DNA of 64,000 nt, from contig NC_057749.1 of NCBI RefSeq assembly GCF_004010195.1, positions 7,673,936 through 7,737,935 of the forward strand, in the 5' to 3' direction. The translations under genes and the position numbers were made by a program. The notes beneath the pieces were generated by a model that did no database searches, had not been told where the DNA came from, and worked only from the letters and a program-made list of their open reading frames with translations. Below are positions 1-13,105 of the stretch, piece after piece. The number at the start of each line of letters is the position of its first letter. Within the stretch, counting starts at the first letter, position 1. Source of the stretch: Chiloscyllium plagiosum (Eukaryota).

Positions 1-727
1 TAAGTATATTTTCAGATAGGAATGACTTTGATTTGAATGACAGAATGCCATCAAGCTGACACATCTGACGGCTGATAGTATTGTTCTTTCAGACACCCGA
101 GATTCTCTTTGACACCTTCTTATGTGAAAGTGGATTCGGAAAACATATTTTCAATTCACTTTTGGAGTCACTGAATGCAAATCAAGCAGCACGATGTAAC
201 ACAACTGAGAGCAATCGGAAAGGGGCAGAGAGAAAATTTGATATGCAAGGTAACATTGGTCCTGTGTCAGTTCTGAATCACAGCATTGCAGTCATGCCTC
301 TGAGTTTGAGGAGTATGTTTTTAAGTCCTAGATTTGGGAAGTCAAGCCTTCAACCACACTCCAGCACAATCCCAAAGAAGTGCTGCACTGTTTGAAGTGC
401 AGTAACTCTTGACGCTTTCTATGTGTAAAATGAATGAAATAACGTGGATTTTGTTTAATTAAATATCTCTGGATTTATTTGGAGTTAAAATTAATACAGA
501 ATAATCACAAGACACGTCTTTTGTCGACGAAATTACAACACCACTGCAGCCTTTGGTCATGTGTTGACATGTTGGTCCTTGGTCCATCTGAATATCAAAC
601 TCTTAAACCAACATTGCTCTTAAAGTGATGATACAACGACCAGGGCCAACTTTCAGTTCGAGTCATCTAACTGCAACACCATCTTACATCTTAGCGGCTG
701 GTTTTATTTTTTAAAATCTCCCACCGT

Positions 728-975
728 ACTATTTTGAAGAATAGCAGGGGAGTTACCTACAGTGATTTGTGCCACTTTGTTCTGCAGACAGCAGCATGAA
801 ACTGGTTGTGAGCTCGGGAGGTGGTTTATGGGATCCTGCTGTGCAGTAACCAGCTGCCATGTTGCCAACATTACAGTTGTGACTGCCCTTCAAAAGACGT
901 CATTGGCTGCAAAGGACTTTGGGAGGTCCTGTAGATGTGAAAGATGCTATGTAAATGTCAGAGGGTTCCTTTCTT
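728..975 (+). mobile_element. Degenerate DeuSINE (SacSINE1/AmnSINE-like) Deu domain and 3' tail
   Basis: actattttgaagaa.agcaggggagtt...gggatcctgctgtgc...cttcaaaag..tcattggctg.aaag.actttggga.gtcctg...gaaagatgctat.taaatg; related copies at ~10930-11150, 25700-25830, 33032-33380. Confidence 0.6.
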
Positions 976-1726
976 CAAGGACTAGTCCTGAGTCCCTTCT
1001 GCACAACTGCAAAGGTGAAGAGGGTGGGAGGAGGGGAGGGGGTTAAGGGGAGAGGTGTGAGACTCCAACAGGAGTTGTTCAGAGCATGTTATCCTCTAAT
1101 CGCTCTGGCTTTTTCTCCTCTGGTCTGTTGCCTCTATAGAAAGGATTCATGATTAAGGGCGAGGGCCAAGTGGGGCGAGAGCGTGATTGTCTAGTTACAG
1201 AGTTTCTACCATCTTGGTTCTTGGAGATGCATAATGTGGGCCAGGTTATCGTTCCCTGCCTACCAAGAGTTTGCATCCTTTCTCCTTTGTGTGTGTATGT
1301 TTGTGTGTGTGTGTCTCCATCCGTCCGTGGGAAGAAGATTGATGCCAGTGTTGACGGGCAGTGGCCCAGTGCCCACTCCTTATCAGCCTGCAATTCTAGC
1401 AATATACCAGCTCAATGCTTGGGCCCCTTTTCTATTGTGCCTTGGCCTCATTAAATTCTGATGTGATATTATGTAAATTAATACATTCCACAATTCCATG
1501 GGACTTGGCCTGTGTTTGAACTTCTTCCTTTGTGGACTCATTTGGAATTGGGGCAGAGAAAATTTGCATGGTCCTTTTTAACCAATATTTATGCTGGCCT
1601 TTTTAGTGCTAGAGCAGTAATTTATTCTGCATTTTTACATATTTCTGGAACGACTATTAATACATTTTCTTTCTAGCCTTAAGGTAAATTTGTTTTCAAA
1701 GTGCCTCAGATACAAGTATTTGCTAG

Positions 1727-3149
1727 CTGAGTTGACCTAAGATGACAGAATCACATTCTGTCAACAGGGTAGAGACAGACCATTCAGTCCAATTGCACTA
1801 CGCCATTGTTTATTACAGAAGCTTCCTTCTACTCTTCCCCCCTCTAACCTTATCATTTCCTTTTATTGCAGCAAATCTCACTGCAGTCCTACATTAGTAA
1901 TGGTTAGAAGTTTTATCAGTACAATACTAATCAATGCAACTTTATCAAGCCATTTTAAACTGTAACTTTCAATAAAACCAAATGCATGACGCTATCGAAA
2001 ACAAAGCACCCCTCTTGATTGGCATCATATACACTCCCTCCACCACTGATGCTCACTGGCAGCAGTGTGTACCACCTGCAAGATGCACTGCTTCTTCGAC
2101 AGAACCTTCCAAATACACAACTATTAACATTGAGAAGGACAAGGGCAGCAAATACATGGAACACCACCTCCTGCAAGTTCCCTTTGAGTTGAAAATATCT
2201 CACCATTCCTTCATTTTTGTTCATTCAAGATCCTGGAATTTCCTCCCATTGTGGCTCTACCTATAACACATGGACTGCAACGGTTCAAGAAGGCAGCTCA
2301 CCACCACCTTTTCAAGGGCAACTATAGATGGGAAATAAATGCTGGCCCAGGCAGTGACACTTGCACCCCACAAGTGAATAGATTTTCTTTTTAAAAAAAT
2401 GACAGTGTTTCCCCTCATTCTGTCTTCAGCCTCCCTTCAATTATTTCTGTCCTTTCTCGGAATCTAAATTGCCTTTAATTTCTCAACCATCCGTTTGGGA
2501 GATAGAATGATCATTGGCAAACCAAGTGTGCTCTAATTTGTTGGGAAATGATTGTTTTCATTTTATAAAAATGAAAACAGAGCTGAGTGCCAAACTGCTG
2601 TGGCTGAAAGAGCCAAATCAGAATACATTTGAAGTGGTGAAGCAGAGATCCACTATGAGGCAATTTACCTGAGTTGACCTAAGATGACAGAATCACATTC
2701 TGTCAACAGGATAGAGACAGACCATTCAGTCCAATTGCACTACGCCATTGTTTATTACAGAAGCTTCCTTCTACTCTTCCCCCCTCTAACCTTATCATTT
2801 CCTTTTATTGCAGCAAATCTCACTGCATTCCCACATTAGTAAAGGTTACAAGTTTTATCAGTACAATACTAACCAATGCAACTTCATCAAGCAATTTTAA
2901 ACTGTAACTTTCAATAAAATCAAATACATGGCACTATCCAAAACAAAGCAGCCCTCTTGACTGGCCTCACACCCACTCCTTCCACCACTGACACTCAGTA
3001 GCAGCAATATGTTCGACCTTCAAGACGCACTGTTTCTTCAACAGCGCCTTCCAAACCCACAACTATTAACATCGAGAAGGACAAGGGCAGCAGATACAGG
3101 GAACACCACCTCCTGCAAGTTCTCTTTGAGTTGAAAATACCTCACCATT
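1727..3149 (+). repeat. 481-bp local direct duplication (1727-2207 and 2669-3149)
   Basis: Direct alignment with the same 942-bp offset at both ends. Confidence 0.95.
1990..2380 (+). mobile_element. 3' end of CR1/L2-group LINE (family 2)
   Basis: DKAAxLIG-like coding remnant then ttcaagaaggcagctcaccaccacctt..caagggcaac...aataaatgctggcc tail; same family at 5060-5330, 6780-7180, 17850-18330. Confidence 0.7.
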
Positions 3150-3884
3150 GTGGGAGCAGTCAGTGCTGGCTGATACGCCTGTGCAAAGGGTTAAAAATGA
3201 AAAATGCAAAGTTGTAATGTGAATGGAAGTAGTGTACAGCGAGGTTGAGAAACAGCTGAAATAGAATTGAATTGCAGTGTTATTTATTGTAGTCACACAG
3301 CTTTTTTTTCGTATCACATGTGGTGGTGCTGCATTAATGCTGTCTGCCATTATCTAACTGTTAACTTAAATTGTCCAGATCCTTTTTCTTTCCTCTCCTT
3401 GTTTGCTGGGCAGACAATTATATCGCAAATGTCCGCCTTCATGTCATTTACAAATAGTGTAAATATAGAGACCTGTAGACAGTCCCTTTGAAGCCTCTGT
3501 TTAACTGATGCTCAGATGCAGCCTATTTTTCATCATCCTTTACCTCCAATAGCAAGACCAATTTCCAGTCTGGCAGACTAAAAGCCATCTATCCAATCAT
3601 CTTCAAACGCCCTGGATGTAGAAGTTTATCAAGCACTATCTGTCAATCTAATTCGCTTTTTATTTGGCCATCCATCACTCAATGCAATAATTTTCGCAAA
3701 GAATTTCAGGTGGTTTTGCCTGAACAACCACAGGGGCAGACCTTTGATACTCCCAAGTGCAGTGCCCCGTGTAAAATGTAGCTGGGCTTTTCCTTAGAAT
3801 AACTGACCCACCATTAACCCAACTTGTTTGGAGCAAAAAATACTCTGCACCTCTTGTGAAGACAATCAGGTCTTTTATAGATTC

Positions 3885-4168
3885 CCTACAGGTGTGGGAG
3901 CAGACCATTCAGCACACACTGACTCTCTGAAAAGCATCCCATCCCATCCCAGCCCTGCATTTCCCATGGCTAATCCACATAGCTTGCACATCCCTGGACA
4001 CTATGGTGCAATTTCCCAATCCATCCTAACCTGTGCATCTTTGGACGGTGGGAGGAAACCCACGCAGACATGGGAGAATATGTAAACTCCACACGGACAG
4101 TCACCCAAAGGTGGAATCGAGCCAGATCGCTGGCACTGTGAAGCAGCAATGTTAACCACTGAGTCGCC
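3885..4168 (-). mobile_element. HE1-type tRNA-derived SINE
   Basis: Reverse complement has A/B-box-like head, V-domain (tgtggagttt.catattctccc) and LINE-like tail. Confidence 0.85.
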
Positions 4169-4954
4169 TCTTCGTAATGGAGCATTTTCTGACCTTCTTT
4201 GTCCCATGGTCTGTGCTGGAGACAGAAATATAAAATTGTATGGCAACAGAAGGAGGCCAATCAGCCTATCTCCCTCCTGTGCTGGCTCTTTGAGAGAGTT
4301 ATCCAATGGTGCTTTGCTCTGAGATGTGTAAATTTACAGAATTGCAATCCAATAGAATCTTGGCTTTAAGGATTGTCCACAAACTTCCAAGAAAGATCAA
4401 AGCATACAACTTGGATTGCTTCATTGGCTGGACTTGACTTATAGATCTACACGGAATGTTATTCATCTACCTGTTATTCTGAAGTGTCCTAAGTTCCTCC
4501 TCTCGTAATAACTTAAGGTCATGGAAAAACCTGAGAGAATTCTTGAATAGCTGCTGCTGCTTATTTGTCTTCAGCTACATGTTCCACACAGTCATTTCAG
4601 TGCACTCTCTCTATCCTTCATTGAGCCACTATCTGCCCTTCTTGACATATCTCCTAGTCTTTTTTCAAGCATCAAAAAGTCAGTTTGCAGGAGACTTTCT
4701 GTGATAAAATATGAGAATAGAAATGATCGAGAGTCTCTATCTATTTTAAAAGCAGTGAAGCTGTGATTCCTTCTTAAACGTGTCAACAGGGCCATGTCTG
4801 TTTCACAATTCAGTCAAAAGACTGAATTTTTGGGCAGCTTAGAACTTCTTGCATGTCAAGTGAGATTTATTTTATTCTTTAATAGGATATGGGCATTGCT
4901 GGTGAAGTGAGGATTTGGCCAAGCATCAGCAACAGATGGGAAGCTCAATATCCA

Positions 4955-5053
4955 GGGCAGTATAGTGGTTCAGTGGTTAGCACTGCTGCCTCACAGTACC
5001 AGGGATCTGGGTTCAATTCCAATGGCCTGCTTCTTTGCTGTATGGATTCTATA
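4955..5053 (+). mobile_element. HE1-type SINE, internally deleted (head joined to tail)
   Basis: tggttcagtggttagcactgctgcctcacag...gggttcaattcc joined directly to aatggcctgcttc...gattctat. Confidence 0.75.
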
Positions 5054-5841
5054 ATTACCTAGGACATAGTAGCCCACTTGATTGGTACCTTGTCTGAATA
5101 CTTGATCCCTCCACTAGAGGAACACAGGGGAAAGAGTGTGTACCATCTACAAGATAAACTGCAGCAACTCATCAAAGTTCCTTCACTGAGCACCTAACGA
5201 ATCCATTGCCCCTTCCACCTCGAAAGAAAAGCACAGCAGATGCATGGGAACACTAGCACATGCACGTTGCACAGCATCCTAACTTGAAACTATATTGCTT
5301 GGACCTTTACTAATCATGAGGTCAGAATCTTGTATAGAACAATTAAATTATAAAAGACTTTCAACCTGAGTGAGAGAACCTGGTACAGTAAGACACATTT
5401 TCGTAGGCACGAACATTCAACGTCGTGATAATCCACACCAGCAGAGATGAATCTTTACACACAAAAGCCACTACCAGCCTTGAGAGCAGACTGGGGAGAG
5501 TATAAATAGATTCCTGTAAACAGGAAATGAACAAAACCTAGAATGACAGATTTATCTTTATCGTACAAATTTGAAATGTAAACAATGTATACATATACAA
5601 TTGCAAGAGTATAAATGTTGATATTTTTCTGAAGAGAAGGGTAGTTCAGAGCTATGGCTGAGTATCAGACAGACCTCAGTTTGGCCAGTCTAAGACTAAG
5701 GTTGTTTGAATAAACATGAAGGTAACCTGCATACCTTGGCCCTCCTGCATTCTGCACATGAGATTAAACCAGAACACTTAGAGCTTTCTCTGTTACAGAT
5801 TTCACCTACACATGAGATGGACTGGAGTGACACAGGGAGTT

Positions 5842-6155
5842 GGCAGCACAGCGGCTCAATGGTTAGTAGTGCTGCCTCACAGCGCCAGGGACCCTGGTTC
5901 AAATTCCACCCTCAGCTGACTGTCTATGTGGAGTTTGCACAGTATCCCTGCGTCTGTGTGGGTTTCCTCCGAGTGCTCCAGTTTGCTCCCACAATCTGAA
6001 GATGTGGAAGTTGGGTGAATTGGTCATGTTAATAATTTCCTGCAGGGTTCAAGAATGTGCAGGTTAGCCATGGTAAAAGTCCATATGGGGTCATGGGGAT
6101 ACGGTGGAACTGTAACTTTGGACAGTTGGTATAGGCTTGATGGGCCAAACTGCCT
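5842..6155 (+). mobile_element. HE1-type SINE
   Basis: tRNA-like head, V-domain and tail. Confidence 0.85.
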
Positions 6156-6779
6156 CAAGACAACTCAGTTTTATAAGCTCGTAACTTTAAAAGACCTCTT
6201 CTAATGACTGTGTTGGTGTTGTATTTTGTAGCTGATTCAGTTGACATGATGCCATAACTAATTATACTTATTGGCTTTGACAAACTGAATAAATTCATCT
6301 GATCTGTTACAATTGCATAGATGACTAAGTAGTTGAAAGTTACAACCTGGGTTATAAAAAGTTGAATAGATAAACTTAGGGGGAAGTTAGTCAAGAAATC
6401 ATCAAAGTTGCTGCTCACCTGTTAAGAAATCTTTGAGATTTAAATCTGTCTTATTAGATAATTAGTAAAATAGTGTAACAAGCTGTGCTCCTTCCATTTC
6501 AGTACTGTTACAATATATTGTGTGTGACTTAGACTGAATTAAACGAATGGATTTTCAGAGAAACATGGGGTTTGTGGCTTGGAAGTGTGGACTATTTAAA
6601 TTCTTTCTAACATAGGTTTGAAATAAATGAATAAACTGTGCCACAATAGTGTGAACAATGCGAAGGAGTAATGGGATCAGCAGAATCTGCTGACAAACTA
6701 ATGCTGAGTTAACTATAGTGCATTTATTAAAGTGTAAATTATCCTGCAATCTTTGGCCTGGAAGAAATGTGGCATGAGT

Positions 6780-7180
6780 TGTAAATCAGCTCAGAAAGTT
6801 CAACACCATTTAACACAAAGTGGCCTGCTTGATCAGCACCCCATTCACTAACCTAAACATTTTCATCTCCGTGACCAAGACACATTGGCAGCAATTTGCA
6901 TCATCTACGAGATGTAGTCAGCAACTCACTGAGGTCCCTTTCGAACTTGCAATCTCTGCCATCTGGTAGGACGATGGCTGCAGCTCTCCGGGAGCACCCA
7001 CCACCTTCAAGCCACGCACACCATCTTGATTTTGGAAAAATATCAAACTATCATCGTTCCTTCATGGTCGCTGAATTAAAAGTTTGGAGCTCAATCTTTA
7101 ACAGCATTGTGGGTGTCCATTCAATACTGCAGCAGTTCAAGAAGGCAGCTCATCACCTTCTGAAGGACCATTAAGGATAA
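6780..7180 (+). mobile_element. CR1/L2-group LINE family 2, 3' fragment
   Basis: Translates to ...LQQFKKAAHHLLK; homologous to 1990-2380. Confidence 0.7.
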
Positions 7181-7485
7181 GACCATAAGACATAGGAGCA
7201 GACATTAGACCATTCAGTCCATTCTAGTCCGCTCTGCCATTCAATTAAGTTTCTCAATCCCATTCTCCCGCTTTTTCTCTGTAACTCTTGATCCCCTTGG
7301 TACTCAAGAGCATATCTATCTCAGTCTTAATTATACTCAATGACCTGGCCTATACAGCTTTCTGTGGCAATGAATTCCACAGATTCACCACTCTATGGCT
7401 GAAGAGGTTTCTCCTTTCTAATAGGTCTTCCCCTTTACTCTAAGGCTGTGCCCTCCAGTCCTAATCTGTTCTACCAATGGAACCA

Positions 7486-7652
7486 CCGCGGGAAATGACA
7501 TCACTAACCCAAAGAAACCCCAACATATAAATAGAAAGCAAGAATTTTCAGCATTGCTTTGCCTGAGGCCCACTGAAGATGTTACCTAGTAAGTTAACGA
7601 AACGTCTGGAAATGAACTTTGCAGCTCAGCGAGCAAACTTACATTCACAACA
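7486..7652 (+). mobile_element. Penelope-like element 3' end (family D) with hammerhead core
   Basis: Homologous to the reverse complement of 40705-40980; contains CTGAAGA...GAAACGTC. Confidence 0.7.
7570..7609 (+). ncRNA. Minimal type I hammerhead ribozyme motif
   Basis: CCA-CTGAAGA-T-GTTA(cctagtaagt)TAAC-GAAA-CGTC-TGG: helix I CCA/TGG, helix II GTTA/TAAC, palindromic ACGT in place of helix III. Confidence 0.7.
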
Positions 7653-7774
7653 TCTACTCTGTCCAGGCCATTCAGTATTCTGAATAATTATACTAAATAA
7701 TAATAAATGATGAGTTGGCCAGTGATACCTCATGAAAAACTAAAAGAAAATAATTCAATGATTTGCATTGTTTC

Positions 7775-8345
7775 TTTGCGGTTATACAGAGTCTTGGTGA
7801 GGCCACATCTTGAGTATTGTGTGCAGTTTTGGTCTCCTAGTCTGAGGAAATACATTCTTGCTATTGAGGGAGTCCAACGAGGGTTCGCCAGACTGATTCC
7901 TGGGATGGCAGGACTGACATCAGAAGAAGGACTGGATTGACTGGGTCTGTACTCAATGGAATTTTGAAGAATGAGAGGGGGCAATCTCATAGAAACATAT
8001 AAAATCCTGATGGGACTGGACAGGCTAGATGGAAGGATGTTCCCGATGTAGGAGAAGTTCAGAACTATGGGTCACAGTCTAACAATGAGGGGTCAGCTAT
8101 TCAGGACTGAGATGAGGAAGAATTTCTTCACCCAGGGGTTATGAACCTGTGGAATTCTCTCCCACAGGAAACTGTCAGGGACAATTTGTTAGATATATTC
8201 AAGAGGGAGGTGGAAGTGGCCCTTGCAGCTAAAGGGGTATGGAAAGTAGGCAGGAGTGGGACAGTGAAATTGAATGATCAGCCGTGAATGGTGGTACAGA
8301 TTCGAAGGGCTGAATGGTCTACTGCTGCAGCTCTTTTCTATGTTT
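7775..8345 (+). mobile_element. CR1 LINE ORF2 C-terminal remnant and tail
   Basis: [19 protein letters not shown] motif (ORF 7707-7940) and downstream CR1 tail. Confidence 0.9.
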
Positions 8346-9660
8346 GCTATTACCCTCACGACAATTGCCACTTCCCTTAAACATGTCTTGAGTTTGAAGT
8401 GAACTTACTGCAATCTGCACTGTAAATACTCGCAAAACTCATCATGGCAAGTCAGATTGTGTCCTTAAACAGTATATGGATCTTGCTTATAATGATTCTG
8501 CTCCCAGCCTGGCTTTCAATCTCCTTCACTCAAAAAGTGAGCAATAGAAACTGAGGTATATCACTCCAATGGACATTAAATTGTTTTTTGAGTTTCAAAA
8601 AATCTCCTTCCTACCGTTTCCTTATCTTAATCCAATTTAAAATTCCCTCTGTGCATCTGTAATGTCTATTATTCCAGATACAGGAAGGGGCTGTCCAAGA
8701 GTTTCTCTTCTTTTTGCAGGAGGACACATTAAATGCCAAATAAAACTTGAAAGGGATTCATTTTATCTTGCATAGCCTTGGCTCATGGTTACCTCCAATT
8801 ATCTCAAATATAATTCTGCTGTGTACAATAACCATTATCCTTCTGTTACAGAAACTATTTCTGTTGCATTTTGAGCACCTCCACTCAACAGATGATTTTT
8901 GGGGGAAAAAAAGGTGCCATTTTGATAATCATAATGCATTTAATTTTCTACAACAATAAAATTCTTAATAACTAACTTTCCCCACAATGTAAAGTTTTAT
9001 TGCAAATTAATCGGTAGTGGGAAAGTTCCTTTTTTCTTGCATATTTTAAAAAAGTTCAGCACGCAGACCTGCAGCTCAGGGAGTCAGTCTGACTGAGATG
9101 AATTAACACATGTAGTTAACCTGACTAGAGGCAAGGGATATTGCTCAGATTGGCATTGGTAGTAAAATCGTCAACCTATTCTACATGAACACATATGATC
9201 TTGGCAACAAACAGCAAAACAAGAAAAATCCTCCCTCTTAAATCACTGGAGCGCTTTTATTGAGAGATTTCAACTACTAATCTTCATTTTAGTTCCTTGC
9301 TGCCACTGGATTCAATAACCCCTCTTTGTCACTTTACCCAGTATCTACTCCACAGTATTTAAGTGAGCATTTCAAGAACAGCTGGGATTAGGGAACTAAA
9401 AGAGAAAAAAAGAAAGCTTTTAAACTGTCAAACTTCTGATAGTGATAGTGGTAATAAGATTTGTTTTTTTTTGTATGAGCAGTGTGGAGATTCTTCATCT
9501 TTATTTCCTTTTCCTGTCTTAAAAGGATTATTTTCTTGTTTGGAGTTGACTTTTTCGTGGAGTCAACTCAGATAATCAGAGCGACGGTTCCTCATACTTG
9601 AATCTCAATGTTAAAAATCACACAACATCAGGTTATCGTCCAAACAGGTGTAATTGGAAG

Positions 9661-9695
9661 CACTAGCTTTCGAAGCACTTCTCCTTCATCAGGTG
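9661..9695 (-). ncRNA. Minimal hammerhead motif (family B, minus strand)
   Basis: Reverse complement: CAC-CTGATGA-A-GGAG(aagtg)CTTC-GAAA-GCTA-GTG. Confidence 0.65.
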
Positions 9696-9702
9696 GTTGT
9701 GG

Positions 9703-9735
9703 ACCTGATGAAGGAGTGTCGCTCCGAAAGCTAGT
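9703..9735 (+). ncRNA. Minimal hammerhead motif (family B, plus strand)
   Basis: AC-CTGATGA-A-GGAG(tgtcg)CTCC-GAAA-GCTA-GT. Confidence 0.65.
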
Positions 9736-10009
9736 GTGCTTCCAATTAAACCTGTTGGACTATAACCTGGTGTTGTGTGATTTTTAACTTTGTACACCCC
9801 AGTCCAACACCTGCTCCTCCAAATCTTGAATCTCAATGGTCAGGTACTTTTAAAATTCACTGTTGGCCTGTGGTCCACTGAGTAGGACGGAGTCTCATGG
9901 AGGTAAGTTCATATCCCAGTATAGAATTTTGGGTGCATAATCCAAGCCATTACTTCAGTGTAGTGCTGAAGGAGTGGTGTGCAGCCAGAAATGAGACCTC
10001 TTCATTCAG

Positions 10010-10520
10010 ATAGAGCCATACAGTATGGAGACAGACACTTTGATCCAACCATGCCAACCATAATCCTAAACTAAACCAGTCCCAATATTGTTCCAAACAT
10101 TTCTGATTCATGTACTTATCTAAATGTCTTTTAAACATTGTAATTGTACCCACATCCACCACTTTCTATGGCAGTTCATTGCACACATGAACTGCTAACT
10201 GTGTAAAAGGTTGCCTCTCATGTCTTTTTAAAATCTCATCTTAAAAATATGCCCCCGTCTTGAAATCCCCAACTGTAGGAAAAGCCACCTGTCTTACACC
10301 TTATCTGTGCCCACACCCCCCCCCCCCCACCAATGATCACCTCTCAACCTCCTACCCGCCAGTGAAAGAAGTCCCAGCCTATCCAGCCTCTCCTTATAAC
10401 AAACCCTCTGTTCCTGGCAACATCTTGGTCAATCTCTTCAGAACTGTCTCCTGCTTAATAACATCCTTCCTATAATGGGAGTCCAGAACTGGATGCAGTA
10501 TTCAGAAGAGGCCTCACCCC
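10010..10520 (-). mobile_element. CR1 (HER1-like) LINE 3' fragment
   Basis: VDVGTITMFKRHLDKYMN in ORF 9950-10162. Confidence 0.85.
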
Positions 10521-10527
10521 AAAGTCT

Positions 10528-10860
10528 CAGGCACGGTGGCTCAGTGGTTAGCACTGCTGCCTCATGGTGCTAGGGGCCTGTGTTCGATTCCAGCCTCGAG
10601 CAATTATCTGTGTGGAGTTTGCACATTCTCCCCGTGTTTGTGTAGGTTTCCTCTGGGTGCTCTCATTTCCTCCCACAATCCAAAGATGTGCAGGTTACGT
10701 TTGGCGACACTAAAGTTGTCCAGGGGTGTGTAGGCTAGTTGCACTAGTAAGGGGAAATGTTGAGAAATAGGGTAGGGGAAAAAGTCTGGGCAGGATACAC
10801 TTCAGAGGATTGGTGTGGACTTGTTGGGCCAAATGGCCTGTTTCCACACTGTAGGGTTTC
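10528..10860 (+). mobile_element. HE1-type SINE
   Basis: ggcacggtggctcagtggttagcactgctgcctca head through gcctgtttccacactgtaggg tail. Confidence 0.9.
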
Positions 10861-11612
10861 CCTGAGCATCCTGTATATTAAAGTTTATTCCCATCTACCT
10901 CTTCAAATTGCATAAAATGCCAGCCCATTCCATTGAAGAAGAGCAGAAAAGTTCTCTCTGAATTGCCCAATATTTCGCCCTGAAAGAACTTCACTAAAAC
11001 CAATGACCTGATTGTGCACCCATTACTCCTCATGACCACTGGTTCTACACAAATGGACTGCAACGTTTCTGCCATTACAAAACTGACTGCCCTTCAAAAG
11101 GCTGCAACATAACCCAGAATGTGAAAGGCACTATATAAGTGCAAGTCATCAAGCTGACAACCAATTAACAAGTGCAGAGCAGGAATCGGAGCTTCATTCT
11201 AGTTTTGTGCAATACAAGGAATTACCAAGTAGGCTGGAATGGAACAAATGCATTAACACTTGTGTGTTGTGGGGATGTGGGCATTCTCGGATCACAACCT
11301 TTTTAAATGCTTAAGTTCACACTTTGGTTTTTGAACTCTTGCAGATGCAGAAATAAACTTTGTGGGAACCAGGTGAACCAGAACAGGAAAGAAATGGTGC
11401 AAGTAATGACCTCAACCTCTCTGGTCCAGACAGTGAACCAACCGTACATACTGGATAAGAACACAACCTTGCACCTTTCTGTCTATTTGAACAAGAAATC
11501 AAATAATAAGACATCACTGTAACAGCAGGGCTAGGGTATTATGGGCACGTTTTGAAAAGGATGTGTGGTCATCGCTGCCAGATTTCCAATTCAATAACAA
11601 TGTTTGTGTTGT

Positions 11613-11945
11613 GGGCGGCATGGTGGCTCAGTGGTTAGCACTGCTGCTTCACAGCGCTAGGGACCCAGGTTCAATCCCTGCCTTGGGGGGCTGTCTGTGT
11701 GGATTTGCACATTCTCCCGGTGTCCGCGTAGACTTCATTTGGGTGCTCTGGTTTCCTCTCACAATCTAAAGATGTGCTTGCCAGGTGAATTGGCCATGCT
11801 AAATTGCCCATAGTGTTAGGTACATTAGTCAGGGGTAAATATAAGGTGGGGGAAAGGGTCTGGGTGGGTTGCTCTTCGCTGGACCAGTGTGGACTTGTTG
11901 GGCCAAACGGCCTGTTTCCATATTGTAGGGTATACAATCTAATCT
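11613..11945 (+). mobile_element. HE1-type SINE, full length
   Basis: gggcggcatggtggctcagtgg head, V-domain, (aatct)n end. Confidence 0.9.
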
Positions 11946-12023
11946 TAATTCAATTGCATTGTTAATGTTAAGAATAAGCAGCTGGAGGGAATTGATTGAT
12001 TAAAAGATTTGAGAACATGTCAG

Positions 12024-12450
12024 AGGCTCTTGTGGTACAGTGGTAGTGTCCCTGTCTTTGAGGTAGGGACCCGAGTTTTAAGTCGCATCAGCTCCACTGG
12101 TGTTTTCTAACATCTCTGAACATGTAGATTTGAAAATGTTGTGACACGGTGGTAGTGCCCCTACCTTCAGAATAAGAGGCCTGGGTTCAAGTGCCAGATG
12201 CTCCAGAGGTGTGTTATAACTTTTCTGAAATGTTTGACTTAAAACTGTAAGTAAAGAGGCTCTTGTGGTGCAATGGTAGCATCCATACCTCTGGAATAGA
12301 AGGCCTAGGTTCATGTCCCATCTGCCTCCTCATGAAGTGTCAGGATATGTTGATAATTTTTCCAGGAAGGGCTGCAATTTTAGTGAGCCTTTACCCCATA
12401 CCAGATAGTCCAGGTTCGATCCTACCCAGAAGCGCCTCATTATGTGTGCA
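12024..12450 (+). mobile_element. Cluster of 3-4 head-to-tail short tRNA-related SINEs (family 4)
   Basis: Repeated tcttgtgg..cagtggtagtg.ccct.cct...gggttcaagt units; dispersed copies at ~39465-39560 (+), 50665-50765 (-), 60270-60345 (-). Confidence 0.65.
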
Positions 12451-12519
12451 ATGAGGTTGCTTTTAAAATAGTCTCTTTAAACAAAGGAATCTGGGCCATT
12501 TGGTCATTCATAAATAAAC

Positions 12520-13105
12520 CTCCTCTCAAGAGAAGCAAGGAGGGGCAATTTTATTACACAACGAGTGGTCCATGTGTGGAATGAACTTCCCAAGGATGTG
12601 GTGGATGCAGGTACAGTTACAACAATTAAAAGACATTTATATAAGCACATGAATAAGAAATATTTGGAGGGATATGGGCCAACTGCAGACAGATGAAACT
12701 AGTATGGTTTTGAATTATGGTTGGCATGGACCAGTTGAATCATAGAATCCTACAGTGTGGAAACAAGCCATTTGGCCCAACAGGTCCAAATTGACCTACC
12801 AAATAGTAAACCCACCCAGACCCGTTTCCTACCCTATTACTTTACATTTACCGCTAACTAATGCACCTAACCTACGTATCCCTGAACACTATGGGGCAAT
12901 TTTACATGGCCAATTCAGCTAACCTGCACGTCTTTGGATTGTGCGAGGGAATTGGAGCACCCGGAAGAAACCCATGTAGACACGGGGAGAATGTGCAATT
13001 TCCACACTGGCAGTCACCTGGGTCCCTGGTGCTGTGAGGCAGCAGTGCTAACCACTGAGTCACCGTGCCACCCAGGACTGAAGGGGCTGTATGACTGTAT
13101 GACTC
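12520..13105. mobile_element. CR1 3' end (+) with nested HE1-type SINE (-, ~12740-13073)
   Basis: The CR1 tail resumes at 13074 (ggactgaaggggctgtatgac) after the SINE. Confidence 0.85.

Larger units (their letters stand above)
7180..7685 (-). mobile_element. CR1 LINE 3' fragment interrupted by a PLE piece
   Basis: cataagacataggagcag tail and gaattccacagattcaccac (VVNLWNSL) on the minus strand. Confidence 0.75.
9611..9824 (+). mobile_element. Fold-back Penelope-like mini-element (family B), hammerhead cores on both strands
   Basis: Inverted arms ~9611-9694 and ~9703-9788, unpaired 3' tail; 14-bp TSD cttgaatctcaatg at 9597-9610 and 9825-9838. Confidence 0.85.

Noticed and set aside
11613..11690. 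tRNA-like sequences with A and B boxes (many copies)
   Set aside because: They are SINE heads continuing into V-domain and LINE tails, not tRNA genes.
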